A stretch of 64,000 bases of DNA from the human T2T-CHM13v2.0 reference genome, Homo sapiens, in assembly GCF_009914755.1 (NCBI RefSeq), contig NC_060934.1, one strand, 5' to 3'. The translations under genes and the position numbers were made by a program. A model generated the notes under the pieces. That model saw only the letters and a list, made by a program, of their open reading frames with translations, did no database searches and was not told where the DNA came from. This document shows positions 1-14,096 of this stretch, one piece after another. How positions within the stretch are numbered: the first letter of the stretch is position 1; the number at the start of each line of letters is the position of its first letter.

Positions 1-989
1 ACTTACTCCATTAGAGTCACAAAATCTAACAAAGTAATCTAAACAGATTTGTTGCAAACAAGTCTTTGACATGCAAAATGGATTTTTGTTTTGCCCTACC
101 TAGGTCTTATGTTTCACTATTATTAAAAATGTCAGTAATATTTTGCCCACTGGGAACACATATTTTCCTTCAATTTTTTCAATCTTATTCAAAACCCCTT
201 ATTGAATATTTTACAAGTTACAGCGGATCTTTGTTATTGCTTTTTCAAATTACAACCTCTGAACCCTATGTTGGTATTTTGCTAAACGGTTTATGCTCAT
301 GTAGAGTTGTGAAGCATTATTAGAATAAAAAATGAGAAAACCATTCTTAGATAATTATAATTTTGCATTTGACCTTCAGAATAAAAAATAATACAGCTTC
401 ATCAAGGGAGCAAGCCATAGCCCTCCACAGCCCATGCACATCCTCAGCGCACAGCTGCCCTTTTGTTGTGCACCATATGATCCACGAAATACTTTATCAT
501 CATTTTTGTCTCTCCCCTTCTCGTCCCTCCTCCTGTCCCACATCCATATAGCATTAAGAAACCTATTAATTAGGGTCACGTGGAGACAATTCATTTGCTG
601 AAAGTCTCCTCTTATCACTTTGCCTTAACTGTGTGTTTACTATGAACTTATAAATTTGTACTGTGTGTCTTCAGAATGCTAAGGCTGCTGTAAGAACTGT
701 CAAATTTGCAACTGAGATAAATTAAGGAGGACTCAAGGGAACAATGAAACAAAAAACTTGGCAGAAGGAAATGAGTGGAGGAACACAGAGATGTTAGAAA
801 TTTTATTTTAAATATTTGTGGTTTGTATAATAGTTTTTAGAAGAACTGAAAAGCATTACATGAGATAAGATATATATGTACCAATAATATTCATTTGTGT
901 GTGCTTCCTTATTCATAAATTTAAACTCAAATATATATTCATGCATATATTCATATCTATATCTAGATATTTAAAAAAGTATTCACACT

Positions 990-1330
990 AATACCTGCAA
1001 TTTCGTTCCAACACCAAAGCATTTATTTCAGCTTCTGGTTTTCTACAACTTGGACTTTCTTCTCTGACAGAGAGGAACCTAGCTGTCATTCACAATACAT
1101 TCACTTATGTGCTCAGCTCTGAAATATACAAGTCATTGAGGAATGTCTGACCCATAACATTGTGGAAAACAGGCTGACTAATAAAGTCATTATTTTAAAA
1201 ACTTTTTTGTCTTCAGTCTGAGGATATACAGTAAAAACACAGCGTCCAAAAATTAAAACTTCTTTATATAATTAATTTGAAATACAGTTAGATTCATGTA
1301 TTTCTATTCCTATCCCATTTCTCCCAAATC
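990..1330 (-). mobile_element. Old L1 (L1MC4/5-like) 3' UTR fragment
   Basis: Degenerate match to L1MC 3' UTR motifs (ccaacacc...ttctctgacagagaggaacctagct...tacattcacttatgtgctca); boundaries approximate. Confidence 0.45.
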
Positions 1331-1499
1331 CTTGCTGATTTTATTATTTAGTTTTTAAAATAGAGCATGATTCTAAAAGCCAAAGCTATGTTTTAAATGA
1401 TGCACTTAGAAGGAGGGTTATATCTCAATCCTTTCCATCTCAATCCTCTCCCTCCATTCATCCCACTTCCTTTCCATCACCAAGTCCTTTCCATCCAGT

Positions 1500-2040
1500 T
1501 TCCATACATGCCCTGGAGGTAGTCCATCTCATAAATTTGTAATGTGTCCTTTCTCTTTGTGCACAAATGAGTAGACACATTTCCCCCCCCATATATTTTA
1601 CACAAAAGGTAACATATATAGTTGTCCTTTGCACTTTGCTTTTGCAATCAGATGTACATCCAGGAAGTAACTCCTTGTTAGTTTATGGAGAGCTTCCTTC
1701 TTTTTTATAAAGCTGCATAGTACTTCACTGGATTTATTTATTATAGTTTATTGAACTACACCACTATATATAACATTTTAATGTTTTAATTTTTTGCCAC
1801 TATTTACAAGCCATGCTGCACTGAATAATTGTGTGTTTGTGTGTACATGTGTAGAATGTGTTTTCTTGGTAAATTCCTAGGAGTGGAATCAGTAGGGAAA
1901 AAGGTAAATGTGTATGTAGCTTTGTATGATATTGCCAAATTTCCCTCTCAGAGTATTGTATAAATGCGTCTTCCCACCAGAAATCGATAAGGTATGAGAA
2001 TCCTCTTCTTCCTATAGTTTGGCCAATAGAACAACAGAAG
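1500..2040 (-). mobile_element. L1ME-like 3' end fragment (contains the donor of the 3136-3306 duplicate)
   Basis: Antisense L1M 3' motifs: gctgcatagtacttcactg, ggtaaattcctaggagtggaat, atattgccaaatttccctc, ttcccaccag. Confidence 0.7.
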
Positions 2041-2993
2041 GTATCGTTATATCTCTCTGTATCTAGATAAATAGGTAATTGATACAAATATGTATATATG
2101 TCAATAATATCCAAACTAATGGACTAAAACAGGTTTTATAGTTTTATTAATAAAGCAATGCATTTTAGTGGTTGAATTCAGACAAGAACTAGCAAGTGAA
2201 GAAGAAATGTGGTAAGGCTATCTAATATTGATCAAATCATTCCCACAACTATTTACTTTTTCCTAAACATTAGCCTTTATCAGCCTCTTCCTTTCTTTCA
2301 CACATACCCTATTTCATCTTTTTACAATATTTTAAGATGTCATAATTTTGTACGTTAAAACTGATCAATTTTAAGGTAAAATTTGATGAGTCTTTATATA
2401 TGTATATATTTGTGTAAGCATAATCATAAACACTGTATTGAATATTCAAATCTCCTAAATAAATTTCCTCATGCCTCTTGGTAGTCAATTCAACATTTCT
2501 GTATCCAGTCCTTAGGGACTAGAAATCTTATTGCTGTCATTTTATTATTTTCTTTTGTAGAATTTGGTATAAATTAAATCATACTCATACATAATTCATT
2601 CTTTTGTATATCCCTTCTTTCATTAGGAAGAAGCTTTTAGGATTCCTCTGTACTATTGCACTGTGGTTTTATTCCCTTTATGCTCAGTTGAAATCCATTG
2701 GATAAATATACCACAATGTGTTTATCTATTTACCAGCTGATGAACATTTGTGACATTTCTAGCTTTTAGCTATTGTAAATATCTGCTATGAATATTCTCA
2801 TATCACTTTTGAATGTATGCTTTTATCTGTCTTTGGAAAATACTTAGGACTGAAATTACCATGTCACAGAATTAGTGAATGTTAAGTTTTGTAGGAAACT
2901 ACTAAAAAGCTTTCCAAAGTGGCTGTGTCATTTTGCATTTCTACCATCAAAGTCGGAGAGTTTCAGTTGCTACACATGTTCATCAACACTTGA

Positions 2994-3465
<472 letters not shown>

Positions 3466-4042
3466 TATAATTTTTTTTTTTTTTAAAGTAGACATTCTAG
3501 TGGGTATGTACAAGTAACTCATTGTGGTTTTCATTTGTATTTCTATAATGACTAATGATATTGAGTATCTTGTTATGCAATAATTTTCCAAATATTTTCA
3601 AATAGTTTAAAACTATTTGTCCATTTATAAATTGATGTTTTCAATTTATTGAGCTGTAAGAGTTCATCATACATATGAATACTAGTTCTTTATCAAGTGG
3701 GTGTTTCCTGAATAATTTTTCCCATTCTATGGCTTTCTTTTTCATTTTTTGAAGTAGTTTACAAACATTTATTTTATGAAGTACACATAACCTTTTTAAA
3801 CCTTTGCCTAAAACATGGTCACTAAGACTTTCTCCTGTTGTTTTCTTCTAGAAGTTTTATAGATTTAGCTCTTAAATTTCAATCTATGATCTATTTTGAG
3901 TTTTTTTTTTTTAATTTAGTGTGAGCTAATTATTAAGGTTTCCTTCTCACTTAAAAAAATATGTATATCCATTTGTTCTAGCGCAATTCATTTAAAAGCC
4001 TATCCTTTACCCCCATTGCTTTAGCATATTTCCTATAAGGGC

Positions 4043-4150
4043 TATATATACAGATACCTATATATGTATATATTGGTGTATATATATATGTATATGTATA
4101 TATTGGTCTATGTATATATACATATATACATATGTATATATTGGTCTATT
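4043..4150. repeat. (TA)n/(TATG)n low-complexity tract with three tatattggt units
   Basis: Seen directly. Confidence 0.85.
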
Positions 4151-4160
4151 TTTGAATATA

Positions 4161-4576
4161 CAGTTTACCCTTAAACATTGTGGGTTTGAACTTCAAGGGT
4201 CCACTTAAATGTGGACTTTTTTCAATAAACCTCTCCTGCAACTCTTTCCATCCCCCCACCCTTCTCCTCCTCAGACTTCTTAACGTGAAGAATGAAAATC
4301 TTTATGATGATCCACTTCTACTTAATGAATAGGAGACACATTTTCTTTTCATTGTTATTTTCTCAAAAATATTTTCTTTTCTCTAGCTTACTTTATTATA
4401 AGATTACAGTACCTAATACATATAAAACATATGTTAATGAACTATGTTATCAGTAAGGTTTCCAGTCAACAGTAGTCTACTGGTAGTTAATTTTTGGGGG
4501 AGTCAGAAGTTGTTTGTGGATTATGACTGCACGGAGATCAGCACCCCTAACCCTTACATTGCTCAAGGGTGAATTG
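4161..4576 (+). mobile_element. Tigger2a (MER28) non-autonomous TcMar-Tigger DNA transposon
   Basis: Terminal inverted repeats cagtttacccttaaaca ... tgctcaagggtgaattg, TA on both flanks (4159-4160, 4577-4578), 416 bp. Confidence 0.88.
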
Positions 4577-4856
4577 TATATTCTGTTATATTATATATAT
4601 ATATATATCATTATACCAATACCACATAGCTCTGATTACTATAGCTTTATAGCTTTGAAATCAAATACTGAAAGTCCTTCAACTTTGTTCTTTTTCAGAA
4701 GAATTTTATTATAATAACCTTTTGTATTTCCACATAAATTTTGAATGAGCTTGTCAGTGCTACACAATGACTGCTGGGACTTTGTGATTGTGTTGGGGAA
4801 AATTGACACTTTAACAATGTTAAGTTTTTCTGTTCATGTCATGGTATATCTCTCCC

Positions 4857-5431
4857 TGTGGTGGTTAATTTTATGTCAATTCGACCGGACCATGCAGTGC
4901 TTAGATATTTGGTCGAATATTATTTCAGGTGTGTCTGGGAAAATGTTTCTGCATGAAATTAATATTTGAATTGATAGACCGAATAAAGCAAGTTGTCCTC
5001 TCTACAGTGTCTTCCCTTATGCAATCAGTTAAAAACCTACATAGAACAAAAAGGCTGAGCAAGAGAGAACTTGTGTTTGATTGCCTTCAAGCTGAGACAT
5101 CCGATTTTTCCTGCCTTTGGACTTATATGGAAATATGGAATTTTCCTGGATCTTGATCCTGCTGGCATTTGGGTTGATACTACATCCTTAGCTCTCCTCA
5201 TTCTCAGGCTTTTGAATTCAGGCTAGAACTATACCCTCAGCTCCCGGGTCTCCAGACTGCCAACTGTAGATCTTTGGTCTTGTCAGCTTCCATAATCATG
5301 TGAGCCAATTGAGCCAATGCTTTATAGTAATCGTTTCTCTTCGTTTATATGTGCATACACACACACACACACACACACACATTCTTTTACATAAATATTC
5401 ACTATTTATCTGAGAATTATTCACTATTACA
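4857..5431 (+). mobile_element. MLT2D-like ERVL solo LTR with (AC)12 at 5357-5380
   Basis: Start tgtggtggttaattttatgtcaa, cagcttccataatcatgtgagccaatt, degenerate end ctattaca; host L1 resumes afterwards. Confidence 0.85.
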
Positions 5432-7309
5432 TTCCATTTTAGTTGCTTCTCTGATTTTTTTGATTCATGTTTTATGATTTTCAGGATACAGATTCTACAC
5501 AAGTTTTGTTAGACTTATACCTAAGAAGTTTCTATTTGTGAAGTATTCTAAGTGGTATTTGAAAAATTTGAAAAATATTTTCCCATTACTCATTTTTCAT
5601 ATGTAAGATACAATTGTTTTTTAATTATTGATCTTCTATTCTGTGACTTCGATGAATTAACATACTATTCCAAGCAGCTGATTTGGAGATTTCATAGGAT
5701 TTTCTGCATGAACAATTATGTCATCTGAGAATAAAGGTAGGCTTAACTTCTTTTATTTTGAATGTAGTGCTTTTTATTTCTTTCCTGGCCTTATTGCACT
5801 TAGTATATCTTCAACAAAATATTGAATAGGAATGGTAAGAACAAGCATTCTTGTCTTGCTTTCAACCCTGGTAGGAGAGCACTTTACCTTTCATTATTAC
5901 GTATGATGTTAGCTGCAGATGTTTTAATAAATGCTCTTTATTAGATTCAGAAAGTTTCTTCAATTCTTAGTATGCAGAGATTTTTTATTATCAATGGGTG
6001 TTGAATATTGCCAAATACTCCTTTTGAATTTATTAAGTGTATCATATGTTCATTGTTGTCATTTGTTACTGTGGTGAATTGTATTAATTAATTTTCAATT
6101 TTTAAACTAAGTTTGCAGTCATGGGATATACTTCAACTGATTATGATATAATATTTTTATCTGATTCTTAATATGATTTACTAATATATCATTTAAAAAT
6201 CTTTTTGCATATATGTTAGTGAATGTATTGATCTTTAATTTTATTATTATGCCTTTATTTGATTTGAGCATAAGTGTAATGCATGACAATTATGGTGTTT
6301 CTAAAATTATTTTTACCTTGCTTTAAGTTGATACTGACAAGTATCATGATTCTGCTGGATCAAAGTATTCTTTATTTTTCCTATCAGGTATCAGAACTCT
6401 CTTTTATCTAAGGCCATATTTTCTTCTGGCTGGGCATTGCTTTCTATCTCAGCAGGCAGTAGACAAGCCAACTTACAGCCCAGGAGCCCTGTGATTGGCT
6501 GTCACCAGGGACTAAGCACTATGGCCTAAGGGTCCCTCTTCCCAGCCCCAGCATCTGTCTTTCTGTGCACAGAGCCCATTTCCTAGTCAACATCTAGTTT
6601 CTTGCTGAGGTATTTAATAGATCAGAAGAAGATAGTTGATGAAAAATTTACTATAATTTCAGGCAGCCCAAATACCTTTTGCTCTTAAGAAGTAAAATTA
6701 AACTTCTTTCTTTCCTCCGTTTTCCTCCCCAAGTCTCCTCCCATTCCTTCAATGTCTCACTTCACAGAGTAAAAACTTCAGAGATAGAAAAGGCTACAAA
6801 AGCAATCAGATTTTTGTTCTAACTTAGAACTCTGCAAGTTCATCATATTGATGACAGCAGGGAAAGAAGAGGTGGGTTGGTTGCCCTGCTGAAACATTAA
6901 TTTCGATTGAAAGGAGTAGAAATACCAGCAATGTACAGGCATAACGGCTCATTGCCAAGATCGAAATGACTTTTCCACGCAATTGATAATATCTCAGATG
7001 GTGCACCATTAAGAGATGGCAACCTAGTCCACATATAAATTCAGTATGTAATCCAAATTTCTATCTCTATATTGATAGTGTATGTACCATGTCTGAATCT
7101 AAACTCATACACAGTACACCTCTCCCCTCTCAGGGTTGATCTTAAGGATCTCAGGGGTCATTCACATGACGAACTCAATTTTTTTTTTTTCTGGATAATT
7201 CTTGAACATCTAAGTATGTAATAAACGTTAAAATATATATCAGAAGAGAGATAGCCTTTTAATATTATATTTTGCAAGCCACTAACCTATTTTATTCAAT
7301 GGTCAAACT

Positions 7310-7735
7310 GCATGTCTCCAACTTCACTCGTATTTAAGGACTTTTGCACCTGCTTTTCACATTTTCCCAAATATATTTCTCCTGATCTTCCCATGGCAGA
7401 GTCTCTTATGTCAATCAGGTCTCATCTCAAATATTCCCTCTTTAGAGAGCTTTCCCTGATCACCCAACCAAACATCCCTAACACACAGCCCCTCTCTGTC
7501 AACTGTATTAAACTTGATTAAAATAATAATATCTCAAATTGTCTTGCTAAATGAGATGTTAATATTGCTATTTAACACCATGACCCAAAATGCATACATA
7601 CACAATCTAGACCATAAAACCCTAAGAAAAGCCATCTTCTCTGTATTACCTAAGGCTCAATTATGAGAAGCTAAAACAGTGCCTGGCACATAGTAGACTC
7701 CTAAAAAACAATCACTGAATACATGTATGAGTGGG
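7310..7735 (+). mobile_element. L2 3' end fragments
   Basis: tcaggtctcatctcaaatattccctctttagagagctttccctgatcacc and the terminal acagtgcctggcacatagtag. Confidence 0.75.
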
Positions 7736-8099
7736 TCATCTAATAATCAGATTATTAGTTATATAGCAAAATGCATTTTCTGTTGATTACAGTAAGCCAA
7801 GACTCCAATGGGAAATAAAAACAGAAAGAACTAACTAGCACCTGCTCCCATTTGGGAGCCTCTGAATTTCCGTGACTTCATGGCACATTGCTGGACTTGT
7901 GTTTCTACCACCCAAATGGGCCCTTTCTCCTATTTGTGGGGCTGTCCAGTATCCACTTAGAAGCATTCTAAGTGCCCAAAGGAGGTAATTAAGACCAAGA
8001 AATCCAGAGAAGTGCGTATTTATTGTAAGTGCTATCATATGTTGAGTTTTCTCTTTCTGACACAATGCTGGATGCATTTCATCCTCACTCATCCAATTT

Positions 8100-8220
8100 C
8101 CCACTTTATTCCCGAGGTAACTGTCACTTGCCTAAGTTGACACAGTTAGTAAAACAAGGAGCCAGGATTAAATCCACAATGGAATAACTGCTATAACCCC
8201 TGATGTTAACCACTGTTCTC
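8100..8220 (-). mobile_element. MIR fragment
   Basis: Core-like cacttgcctaagttgacacagttagtaa...gagccaggattaaatcc. Confidence 0.6.
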
Positions 8221-8469
8221 TAACATGCATTGATGAGTTGGGGTAAAAGAACACCCATTAGAGGTAGTGCAGCCGGAGTACACATCACATTTTCAAGGAA
8301 TGCTATCCTCAGTTTCCAATTTGGAATCTATTTGGTGTTTATTTTTACTTTCTCTTCTATCATTTTTTATTCTTCTTGGCATGCCATTTATTGCACACAA
8401 GCTATCCCCTTAACTTTAATAAAGGATAGGCCATTTCTCATAATAGTTTCATTAGGTACATATTTAATA

Positions 8470-9420
8470 ATTGATTTTTTTCATTTTTGAGATCACTTTA
8501 GAATATAAAGAGATGCACAGATAGTTCCTAGAGTTCCTGTATATGTTGTCCAGCTTCTCCTAATGTTACTTTCTTACATAACCAGAGTACAGTTATCTAA
8601 ACTAAGAAATTGACACTAGTGTAATACTATTCACTAAGCCATAGACTAGAATTCTATAAAGCTATAAAACTGGAATTAACTAGTTTTCCACCAAAATGAT
8701 TTTTCTCGGTTTCAAAATATAATCAGTCTAATCAAAGACTCCACCTTGCATTTAGCTGGCATATTCCCTTAGTTTCCAACCTATGACAATTTCTCAGTCT
8801 TTCCTTGTTTTTCATGATTTTGAGATTATTAAAGTCAGATATTTTGTGGTATGTCCCTCAGATTGGGTTGGTCTGAGGTTTTCTCATGATTAGACTGATG
8901 ATACTCATCTTAGGGCAGAATACCATAGAGGTGATGTGCTTCTTTTTGTGCATTATATCAGGCACATATTGACATTATGTATATATGTCTTATTGCTGGA
9001 GCTGTCACCCTGAGTACTTGGCTAGGTAGTATTCACTATAAAATTAGTGTCTTTCCCTTTGTTGTTAGTAAATATTTATTGCAGAGGGCAATAGTTTGAG
9101 ATCATGCAAATATCCTGTTTCTTCTTAAACTTTAGTCAACTGAATTTTGTAATTATTGGTAGATGTTGCCTAAAGCAATTATTACTGTCTTTTTCTAATG
9201 ATAATTTGTCTATTTCCTTCATTTGTTCCACATGTATTAATTAAATTTCTCTGCAAGAATAAGTTATTTCTTATCTCCTATTCACTGATTCATTTACTTA
9301 TATAGTAAGGGTTTCATGATATTTATTTTACTCTTCTGATTTTTATCCAACACCGTCATTATTTATTTTGTTATTTAAATTATTCTGGCTTTGGCCATTG
9401 AGATCTCTTTCAGGTATTTT
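8470..9420 (-). mobile_element. L1MC4-like 3' UTR
   Basis: cagcttctcctaatgttactttcttacataacc, aaactaagaaattgaca, ttctcatgattagactg, ggctttggccattgagatctctttcagg. Confidence 0.8.
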
Positions 9421-10518
9421 TCCTGATTTTTCAAGTGGGTAAACTATTTAAAAGTTCATTTCCTACAAAGAAAAATTAGAAAGCAGCTTGGAGTTGAGGA
9501 TCTAGGAAAACTTGTGTGGACCTATTGCTGCTGATTGGACATACTGCTGTGAAAACATAAATGGCTCTCTTTGGGTCTCAGTTTCTTCATTTGTAAAATG
9601 TGGAAGTTGGACTACATAATAGTTTATTTTCAAATTCTAGTGTTAAATAATTGTGAAGTATAACTTTGTAACATTAATTCTAGAGTGTAGAAGACTTTCT
9701 TACCTGGGAGATGTTGGTGGCAATTAATAATTTCTTTTTAGGGAGCATGAAATGGAAGGAGGAAAGGGGACTGAAGTCACATATTCTTTGAAAACACAGC
9801 CACATTTTGCTTCATCCCTTTAATTTTTGTTTGTTCCCAATTTTTAGTTTGGATTTCAGATTATGTTAAGAGAATTTTATTTTTTTTAAAAGTTAACATT
9901 TCTCTAGATGCTTTTAAAATGTAATTGGTTCTCAACACAGTAAAAGTTATCACAGCTGCAAAGTGAGTTTGTTTAGTAGTTTTCCAATTTTTTGATGCCA
10001 AGGCCTATCTTTATCCCTTCTTATCCACCCCCACATTTTCACATGGTGTACTCTTTCACTGCATTATGTTTCAGCTTCCATGTGCCCTGTGCAGGGGACC
10101 TTCCCCCACCTCCCTATGAAAAATGGCATTCCTCTTCAAGTACTGTCACTTTCTCCCCCAATACAACTTCCTCTTCCTTTATAGTTCTTATCACTAGCTG
10201 AAGACGCAGTCTTTGCTTGTTAGTTATTTATGCAGTGATTGATTCTTTGCCCGACTATTCTATCTGCTTCATTTTTTCTCATTTAACAATTTCGTACACT
10301 TAGCAGTGTGATTCCCTACCATCCAAGAATGGTGAAAAGTATGGTATAGGGATTAAGGGTATAAGGATCGTGTTCTTTTTTAGCTTTCATTACCCCTCTC
10401 AGTGCCCTTTTCTCTGTGTCTCTTCCACCCTCTCTCTAATTGATAAGGGGAGAGGTGTTGGTAATAATAATAAAGTTCATTTTTCTGAATGTTAATAAAG
10501 ACACTGTGAGTGAGGATT

Positions 10519-10562
10519 AATGACCTTAATAAGTACTGTCAATGATCTTAATAAGTATTGTT
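10519..10562. repeat. 22-bp tandem duplication
   Basis: aatgaccttaataagtactgtc / aatgatcttaataagtattgtt (3 mismatches). Confidence 0.85.
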
Positions 10563-11339
10563 ACCTTCTTATTTTTATTCAGTAACAGAATAACTGAATC
10601 AAAAGAATAAATAAGTGATTTAACCAAGCCCACTCAGAAAATAAGAGTACTTTCAGTGGAAAGTCCTGCAATGTCTGTAATAGTAATATCATTTATATGT
10701 GTAAAGGCTTTGTAACAGTCCTACTAGCAATGTTAGTAATGACAATAAAACTTAAAATTTTATAGTTACCTATGATCTAGGTTACTGTTTTTTAGATTTT
10801 ATTGTAGTAAGACATTTAATACTCACTGAAACCCTTAAAATAGATTTAGCAATTGTCTATTATGCAGAGATATTTAGACATATTATCGAAACTAGTTATC
10901 ACGTAATCTCTGAAAGTAAGCAGAGCTGTATTTTTTAAAAATTATCTCTATCAGTGAAGAAGAATCATACTGATGATATAATGAAGTCAAACTCAGAGAA
11001 ATGAGTGAAAGAGGATGGATTACAGCTTTAACTGCTGAGTTCTAAAAGTTTAAAAGATAGTTCTAAAAGCCTTCTCTCAGAATTATCAAGAGAGTGTTCC
11101 CTCTCTGCAAACTAACCATAAGACCGAGAAAAAATACCAGAGTCATCAAAGGAAAAACATCTTTGGGAAAGAGTGGGGGAAGGACATTCATGCCACTGGC
11201 CACACCCAGGGTTGATACCCAGCAAGGTTCCCAGTCTCAGGTCAGAAACATGCAAAGCCCCCTTAAGGTTCTCAGGCTTAGGGAAAGTAGAAACAGACCA
11301 CATCCAAGGTCATTTACCAAAGAAGCCTCCAATTATTTT

Positions 11340-13595
11340 TGAATTTTTTGATTTTTAAATTTTATGGGTACATTGTAGCTATATATGTTTATGGGATACA
11401 TGAAATGTCTTGATACATGCATCCAATATATAGTCATCACATCCTGGAGAATGGGGTATCCACCCCCTCAGGCATTTATCCTTTGTGTTACAAACAATTA
11501 TCCTCTTTTACTTATCTTTAAATGTACAGTTAAGTCATTATTGACCATAGTCACCCTGTTGTGCTATCAAATACTAGTGTTACTGAGCACTGTGAGCATC
11601 CTTGGTTTTTGTCTTCTTGAAATAAAGATTTCAGTCAAGAGATGCACAGCAAGGGTTAAGTAGCAGAGTTGATTGAAGGAAGATACAGTACATTCCAAGA
11701 GAGGAGCAGCCAGCTTGGCTGGAAAACAGCTCCTGGTTGGTGTGGCTAGAAAAATAGCAACAGTAGTGTTTATTTAAAGAGACAGTACACTTGGAAAATG
11801 AGTCAGAGTGGGCTGGTAGAAAAGAATGAGCTAGCAGCAGCCAGCCCTGGGAGATTCTCTTTATTAGAATCTTACATGATTATTCATGAAGGGGCACGAC
11901 AGTGTTGTGTGCAATCATGTTTTAGGTGGTACACTCGGATGTGCAGGCTCTGTGGTTGTACATGCTAGTACACATATGACATGTATCACTAGTATTTAAA
12001 ATCTTCACCCTGGGGTGTGTGTTTTACTATTATAACAAGCAAAAGGCTACTCTGGGGTGAGTTATTAGAGGAGTGTGCATGCTTGGCAGCAGGGAAAGTC
12101 CCTACCATCGTTATCTCTGGATGGGGCCTGATAGGTCTCCTTTAGGGCCAGAGGAGCCCAACTATAAGGCTAGAAGCAGTCAATGAAGCCAATGTATTTT
12201 TTGCTGACCATCAATGGGCAGCACTGACTATCAGTGGGCAGTGTCTCCAAGTCTTCTTTTCGCAGGCTCACTTGCTTGCTCATTTCTGGCTATTCACCTA
12301 TGCTAACAGTAGGTCTTATTCATTCTACCTATTTTTTGTACCTATTAACCTTCCCTACCTCCCTCCCAGCCCCCCAATACCCTTCCCTGCCTCTGGTAGC
12401 CATCCTTTTACGCTCTATGTCCATTAGTTCAATTGTTTTGAGTTTTAGATCCCCAAAATAAGTGAGAACATATGATATTTGTCTTTCTGTGCCTGACTTA
12501 TTTAAAATAACTTAATGATCTCCAGTTTCATCCATGTCATTGCAAATGAAAGGATCTCATTCTTCTTTTATGGCTGAATTGTATTCCACTGTGTATATGT
12601 ACCACATTTTTTAAAAATCCATTCTTCGGTTGAAGGACACTAAGATTGCTTCCAATTCTTGACTATCGTGAATAGTGCTTCAAAAAACATGGGAGTGCAG
12701 GAGTCTCTTCTGCATATTCATTTCCTTTCTTTTGGGTATATGCCCAGCAGTGGGATTGCTGGATCTTATGATAGCTATATTTTTAGTGTTTAGAGGAGAC
12801 TTCAAACTGTTTTCATAGTGGTGGTACTAATTTTCATTTCCACCAGCAGCGTAAAGGATTGCCTTTTCTCCACATCACCAACATTTGTTATTCCTGTCTT
12901 TTAAATGTAAGTCATTTTAATTGGGGTGAGATAATATCTCATTGTAATTTTGATTTGCATTTATTTGATGATCAGTGATTTTTGGCATGTTTTCATAGGC
13001 CAGTTTGACCTTTGTATGTCTTTTATTGAGAAATGTCTATTCAAATCCTTTGCTCATTTTTTGATCCAATTGTTAGTTTTTTTTTTTTCCTGTAGTTGTT
13101 TGAGCTGTTTCCATATCTGATTATCAATCCTTTGTCAGATGGTTAGTTTACGAATATTTTCTCCCATTCTGTGGGCCATCTCTTCACTTTGTTGATTGTT
13201 TCCTTTGTTGTGCAGAACCTGATATGATCCCATTTGTCTATTTTTGCTTTGGTTGACTGTGCTTGTGGTGTATTGCTAGAGAAATTTTTGCCCAGAACGA
13301 TGTCCAGGAGATTTTTCTCCAATGTTTTCTTGTGGTGATTTCAGAGTTTAAGGACTTAGATTTAAGTCTTTGATGCATTTTTATTTGATTTTTGTATACG
13401 GTAAGAGACAGGGGTCTAGTTTTATTTTTCTGCGTATGGATATTGGGTTTTCCCAGCACCATTTATTGAAGAGACTGTCTTTTTCCAGTGTATGTTCTTG
13501 GAGCCTTTGTTGAATATGAGTTCACTGTAGGTGCATGGATTTATTTCCGGGTTTTCTATTCTGTTTCATTTGTCTGTGAATCTGTTTTTATGCCT
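11340..13595 (-). mobile_element. L1MA1-3-like LINE, 5'-truncated, interrupted by an ERV1 LTR
   Basis: Characteristic 3' end (tttatgggtacattgtag...gagaatggggtatcc...catagtcaccctgttgtgctatcaaatactag|gtcttattcattct) followed by ORF2 C-terminal antisense. Confidence 0.92.
11578..12308 (-). mobile_element. ERV1-class solo LTR (MER50/MER83-like), 731 bp
   Basis: TGTTA...TAACA termini, 4-bp TSD ctag/gtag, cleanly splits the L1MA; minus strand starts tgttagcataggtgaatagccagaaatgagca. Family name is tentative. Confidence 0.8.
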
Positions 13596-14096
13596 GTTAG
13601 GAGAGATCCAGAACATTATTTGATGTGTGGTTGACAGTCCTCAGCCATGTGCTGACCCAGCTGCCCCACCTCAAGGTATTCAGGATACTCATAGCATTTT
13701 CCTGTATTTGGAAAAGTGACTTTTATTAGACTCCAAAATCTTGCCAGTGGAAGACGAAGCATTTTATTGGTGCTCAGTTCCTATCCAGCTGCATCTCCAT
13801 ATGAAACCTGGTGTTTGCTGACTGCCAATGATTTAAAAAAAACAAAAAAAACTATGAATGAAATGAAAACAAAAAAGCACAACAAATAACAACAATTAAC
13901 CACCACAACAAAATCCTAAGATAGAGTTAGAACCCTCTGATTCTATCCTTTTCTCTTCAAAAAAATCATTGGTTTCCTATCCGATTTGCTTCATTTGGAA
14001 AAAAAATATATAATCCTGTCTTTTCTGAATATTTAGATAAGGAAGGAAGGAGAAAGCATTCCCAAAAATATATGGTGTTTGATCTTGTTTCATGGG

